DNA of 30,357 nt from a virus. Its lineage: Duplodnaviria; Caudoviricetes. The stretch lies in IMG/VR virus record IMGVR_UViG_3300020248_000006, positions 1 to 30,357 of that record; one strand, given 5' to 3'. Shown here piece after piece: positions 27,234 to 30,357 of this stretch. Positions within the stretch are counted from its first letter, which is position 1. The number at the start of each line of letters is the position of its first letter. A model generated the notes under the pieces. That model ran no database searches, was not told where the DNA came from, and saw only the letters and a program-made list of their open reading frames with translations. A program made the position numbers and the translations under genes.

Positions 27234-28814
27234 TTATTGTGGTGGTTGTTGTGTTCCTATCGCTGATAATGACTCAACTAATTCTGGATTCTTATCAGGA
27301 TCCATCAAAGGAGTACCAGCGAGTTGACCAGCTTGGTCTGTAAGTGATTGCATCTGCTGTGCTTGCATAGCTTGTTGTTGCTCTGCATTTCTTTCATCCA
27401 TAGTTTTAACAAGGTTGAGTATGTCAATTCCTTGTGCCGCAGCAAGACGTTTAATAGCCTCATCAGCATTTACAAATTGTTGTAAAGCCTGTGGCCCCAT
27501 AGTCTGTGCTATGGTAGTTATAAATTGTATTAATGATTCTCTATCTTGTCCTCTTCCAAGTGCATTAACACCTGCTACAATAGTGGGTTTAACTAGATTT
27601 CCAGGTATGCTAGGTATCTGTTTTGATCTAGTAAGAGTGTGCATCTTACGGTTGAGGTAGGGTATGAGGAACTCTGTAGTTAACAAGCTGAAGAGCCCGC
27701 CAAGCTGTCTCTCTAGTTCCATCTGTGTCATACGAACTTCCTCTGCCGTAGTACGTTCAGACTGGCGTACAGTTAGGACTAGAAAAGCCTCAGCTAATCT
27801 TTTTTCTAACGTGTTAATCATTTGATATGCAGTCTGGAAATCGGCAGTTTTACCTACTTGTACCACACCAATATCATCTGGTCTACCTTGTATGATAGCA
27901 CCATTACCTGCGTTTGCAAGAGCTGCTGGTTTAGTCACACTAGAAGGTGACACAGTAAACACAACTTTAGCTGCTGCGGCACTACCTTCAACGACAGCTT
28001 GCATCAATGCCTCTAAAGATTTCAAGTCCCCAAGGAACTCTTCAACCCTAGAACGTCCGTAATCTTCTCCATCTACAGTTACAAAACGTAATGGGAGCCA
28101 AGGACTTTTGTCTTTGGGTGCTTTACCTACACTATCAGGTATGATTGTATCTTTAGCTTCTTGATGCCAACGCCAACCGTTATCGTATAACTTAACACAT
28201 GTATATACATCTACATCTTTAGTACCTTTGTAGTCACCTTTAGAGTCATCGTTAGGACTATTCTCTTCCTCAAGTTCGGGTAGACCTAATAGTTTTTTAC
28301 TGACTCTTTCTTTAGTTACTATTTCGATTACATTACCAGTACCATCTCTTTCAACTACATATCTGTTAAGAGGGTATACTTTCATACCATCTTTACTCAT
28401 AAACAATAAAGCATTACCTGTGACAACTAAGTGTTTCAAGGCAGCAAAGATTTGTACTCTGTCTGTGGAAGCTGCAATGCTTTCCATAATCATACGTTCT
28501 ATTTTTGCAAAGCTGAGATCTAACTCACTTTTTGCATTGGGTGGTATCTCTACACCCAGTTTAGAATCGTCTAGCTGTAATTTAAAGAAACTTGTAGAGG
28601 GAGGGAGTAATCCTAGCATGAGCTTTGAACTCAAGGTGGTTACTCCTTTGGCTCCCACTGACTGCCAAGGTGTTTGAAAGCTCTGATATAAAGCATCACC
28701 TTCATTACGCATAAGCAGTGTTGGTATGGTTAGTTCCGAACATTCGTAAGCAACATTTAAGAACTGTTCACGGTGACTAGATAACTCGTTGTATCTTTGC
28801 CGTGCGTTTTTCAT
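27234..28814 (-). CDS. Portal / head-to-tail connector (T7 gp8-like)
   Basis: PWQSVGAKGV, GEDYGRSRVEEFLGDL, ERTTAEEVR, ALGRGQD motifs. Confidence 0.96.
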   Translation of the reverse strand: MKNARQRYNELSSHREQFLNVAYECSELTIPTLLMRNEGDALYQSFQTPWQSVGAKGVTTLSSKLMLGLLPPSTSFFKLQLDDSKLGVEIPPNAKSELDLSFAKIERMIMESIAASTDRVQIFAALKHLVVTGNALLFMSKDGMKVYPLNRYVVERDGTGNVIEIVTKERVSKKLLGLPELEEENSPNDDSKGDYKGTKDVDVYTCVKLYDNGWRWHQEAKDTIIPDSVGKAPKDKSPWLPLRFVTVDGEDYGRSRVEEFLGDLKSLEALMQAVVEGSAAAAKVVFTVSPSSVTKPAALANAGNGAIIQGRPDDIGVVQVGKTADFQTAYQMINTLEKRLAEAFLVLTVRQSERTTAEEVRMTQMELERQLGGLFSLLTTEFLIPYLNRKMHTLTRSKQIPSIPGNLVKPTIVAGVNALGRGQDRESLIQFITTIAQTMGPQALQQFVNADEAIKRLAAAQGIDILNLVKTMDERNAEQQQAMQAQQMQSLTDQAGQLAGTPLMDPDKNPELVESLSAIGTQQPPQ

Positions 28815-29161
28815 TAGCCTCCGTATGTGCCTCCACCACCACCGCCAGTAGAACCGCCACCAGTACTTACACCTTGTTTAGTTGTTATACCTGATAAGCC
28901 ACCAGATGTTGGTTTCTTAGTCTGTAGTTGAGTGGTTCCTTGTTTAGCTGCAGTCTTAGCAACTTTCTTAGCTTTAACTTTTGCCTTTTTCTTAGTCTGA
29001 TCCTCTCCAGTAGGAGCTGGAGTAGGAGCTGATGGCATCTCTGTAGGAGCCGATTGAACAGGCATTGGGGGTGGTGGGGTAGTTGGGGGAGCTGGTGTTG
29101 GTGGGGTCGGTTGAGAAGGTCTACCTCCTCCAAATAAATTTGAAATTAGTCCTCCGCACAT
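28814..29161 (-). CDS. Small Pro/Lys/Gly-rich virion protein (T7 gp6.7/7.3-like position)
   Basis: MC start, low complexity, immediately upstream of portal with TAATG overlap. Confidence 0.7.
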   Translation of the reverse strand: MCGGLISNLFGGGRPSQPTPPTPAPPTTPPPPMPVQSAPTEMPSAPTPAPTGEDQTKKKAKVKAKKVAKTAAKQGTTQLQTKKPTSGGLSGITTKQGVSTGGGSTGGGGGGTYGG

Positions 29162-29163
29162 AA

Positions 29164-29346
29164 TTATTCTCCTTTTAATTTTTCTTTTAGTATGCGTATA
29201 ATTGATAATTGACCAGCTCTATAAGATATTTCTTTCTCCGATAGGGTGTGGTCTGGAAACTTGTCTGGGAACTGTTCATCCAGTTCATCAACAATGACTT
29301 GGATTCGTCCCCAATCAAGCGTACTTGGGTAAATTGGTGTTGGCAT
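29164..29346 (-). CDS. Hypothetical protein, ~60 aa (MPTPIYPSTLDW...)
   Basis: LDEQFPD...ISYRAGQ motif; internal ATG at 29346 preferred because it reduces overlap. Confidence 0.7.
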   Translation of the reverse strand: MPTPIYPSTLDWGRIQVIVDELDEQFPDKFPDHTLSEKEISYRAGQLSIIRILKEKLKGE

Positions 29347-30031
29347 GTTCAAAAAATGCGGGCATGCGAGCTCGTTTTGTGTCGGCAAGCTGAGGAGCTT
29401 TACCTTCATACATAAGACGGTCACTTGAATCCGTCCAAAACTTTCTGCTTAAATATTTGTTAGGTGCTATATCAGCCAATGGTTCAAAAATCCAATTAAT
29501 TGTAGCTTTCCTAAGTTTGTCCAAAGAAGAGCTAGGGCGTAAACCCATATCAGCACAAACCAAACTGTTGCAAGCGACATGAATTTGCTCATCTCTGGAA
29601 ATATCAGCCGATACTGTCCTAAGAGCAGCATCGCCACAAAAGCGATTGAAAGGTAAAATAACAAAGAATACAGCACGTTCAGCTACCAATGCCTTTAAAA
29701 TGGTGTGATCTGGGTGGGCTACCCAAGCATCACGTAATAGTTTTGCCTCTCTCTCGGCTTTGGCATCTAGTCCGTGGACATCAGCAACGTAGCCAAGAGC
29801 GAGGTCATGTCTCTCCTCATCCTTTACGTTTGATTCGAGCAATGTTCTAGCAGTATTGGGAACCTCTTTGCTAAGGGTTTCCGTAATAAAGGAACCAACA
29901 GGAAGCTCCATATGCCGTATTGCAAGAGCACGGTAGATGGCTTCTTCACTTCCTTCCAAGAGCTTTCCTTTCGTGGGCTTAACGGGAGTCCACTTTCTTT
30001 TCCTGTGTAATAACTTATCATAAGGGTTCAT
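29315..30031 (-). CDS. nrdB: Ferritin-like ribonucleotide reductase beta subunit (P-SSP7-type, Tyr-less)
   Basis: E...DEERH...E...DEQIH di-metal ligand pattern; ATGA-coupled to RNR alpha. Confidence 0.78.
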   Translation of the reverse strand: MNPYDKLLHRKRKWTPVKPTKGKLLEGSEEAIYRALAIRHMELPVGSFITETLSKEVPNTARTLLESNVKDEERHDLALGYVADVHGLDAKAEREAKLLRDAWVAHPDHTILKALVAERAVFFVILPFNRFCGDAALRTVSADISRDEQIHVACNSLVCADMGLRPSSSLDKLRKATINWIFEPLADIAPNKYLSRKFWTDSSDRLMYEGKAPQLADTKRARMPAFFEHANTNLPKYA

Positions 30032-30357
30032 TCTTCACAACCTATGCACTTAATGGGTTCGAGTATTCCGCTTAAGTAATCGTCAACCTCAGTCTCATCC
30101 AATGCAGCGTATGCACTAGACTTGTCTTGTGTGTCTCCCATTACCTGAAGCGAGTAGTATAAAGATGTTTGAGGACTATCTAACCACTCTTGAATAAACT
30201 TCTCATCATAGGTCACAACATCTGACCATGAGTTGAATGAGTATCCGTGTAGTAGTCCAGTCTTATGGAGCATTGTCATAATGCCGTCTGCTACACGCTT
30301 GTATGCGTCCCAGCCAACCTCTGAGGCGATCTCCACATCGCCATAGTCGTATGATGT
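30028..30357 (-). CDS. nrdA: Ribonucleotide reductase alpha subunit, C-terminal fragment (continues past the window edge)
   Basis: Frame open to 30357 (TSYDYGDVEIAS...); TSLYY tyrosine pair and terminal CIGC redox pair. Confidence 0.8.
   Translation of the reverse strand, partial: TSYDYGDVEIASEVGWDAYKRVADGIMTMLHKTGLLHGYSFNSWSDVVTYDEKFIQEWLDSPQTSLYYSLQVMGDTQDKSSAYAALDETEVDDYLSGILEPIKCIGCEE

Noticed and set aside
1114-28677. Many short plus-strand ORFs and the nested 1114..1383 minus-strand ORF
   Set aside because: Antisense or alternate-frame shadows of well-supported minus-strand genes
28885-30021. Nested minus-strand ORFs (28885..29133, 29467..29676, 29824..30021)
   Set aside because: Alternate frames of supported genes; no motifs

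Overview
Right arm of a T7-like marine cyanopodovirus (Autographiviridae-type, resembling Prochlorococcus podoviruses such as P-SSP7). All credible genes are on the minus strand. In transcription order (high to low coordinates): 3' end of a ribonucleotide reductase alpha subunit, a short ferritin-like beta subunit lacking the radical Tyr, two small genes, portal, scaffold, six translationally coupled Lys/Arg-rich microproteins, hli, a glutamine-II (Downstream-peptide) riboswitch-like RNA with a 17-aa YRG peptide and a coupled membrane microprotein, a structured capsid leader, major capsid, tail tubular A/B, internal virion proteins, tail fibre plus three paralogous fibre-tip-like genes, membrane/secreted proteins, terminase small subunit, HNH nuclease, GH24 lysozyme and terminase large subunit. 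The first ~560 nt are non-coding and hold a dense array of cyanobacterial LexA-type boxes, a second palindrome family and repeated TTGACA hexamers, suggesting host-SOS-controlled phage promoters. No psbA or talC is seen in the window. All product calls come from recognised motifs and synteny; no database searches were run.
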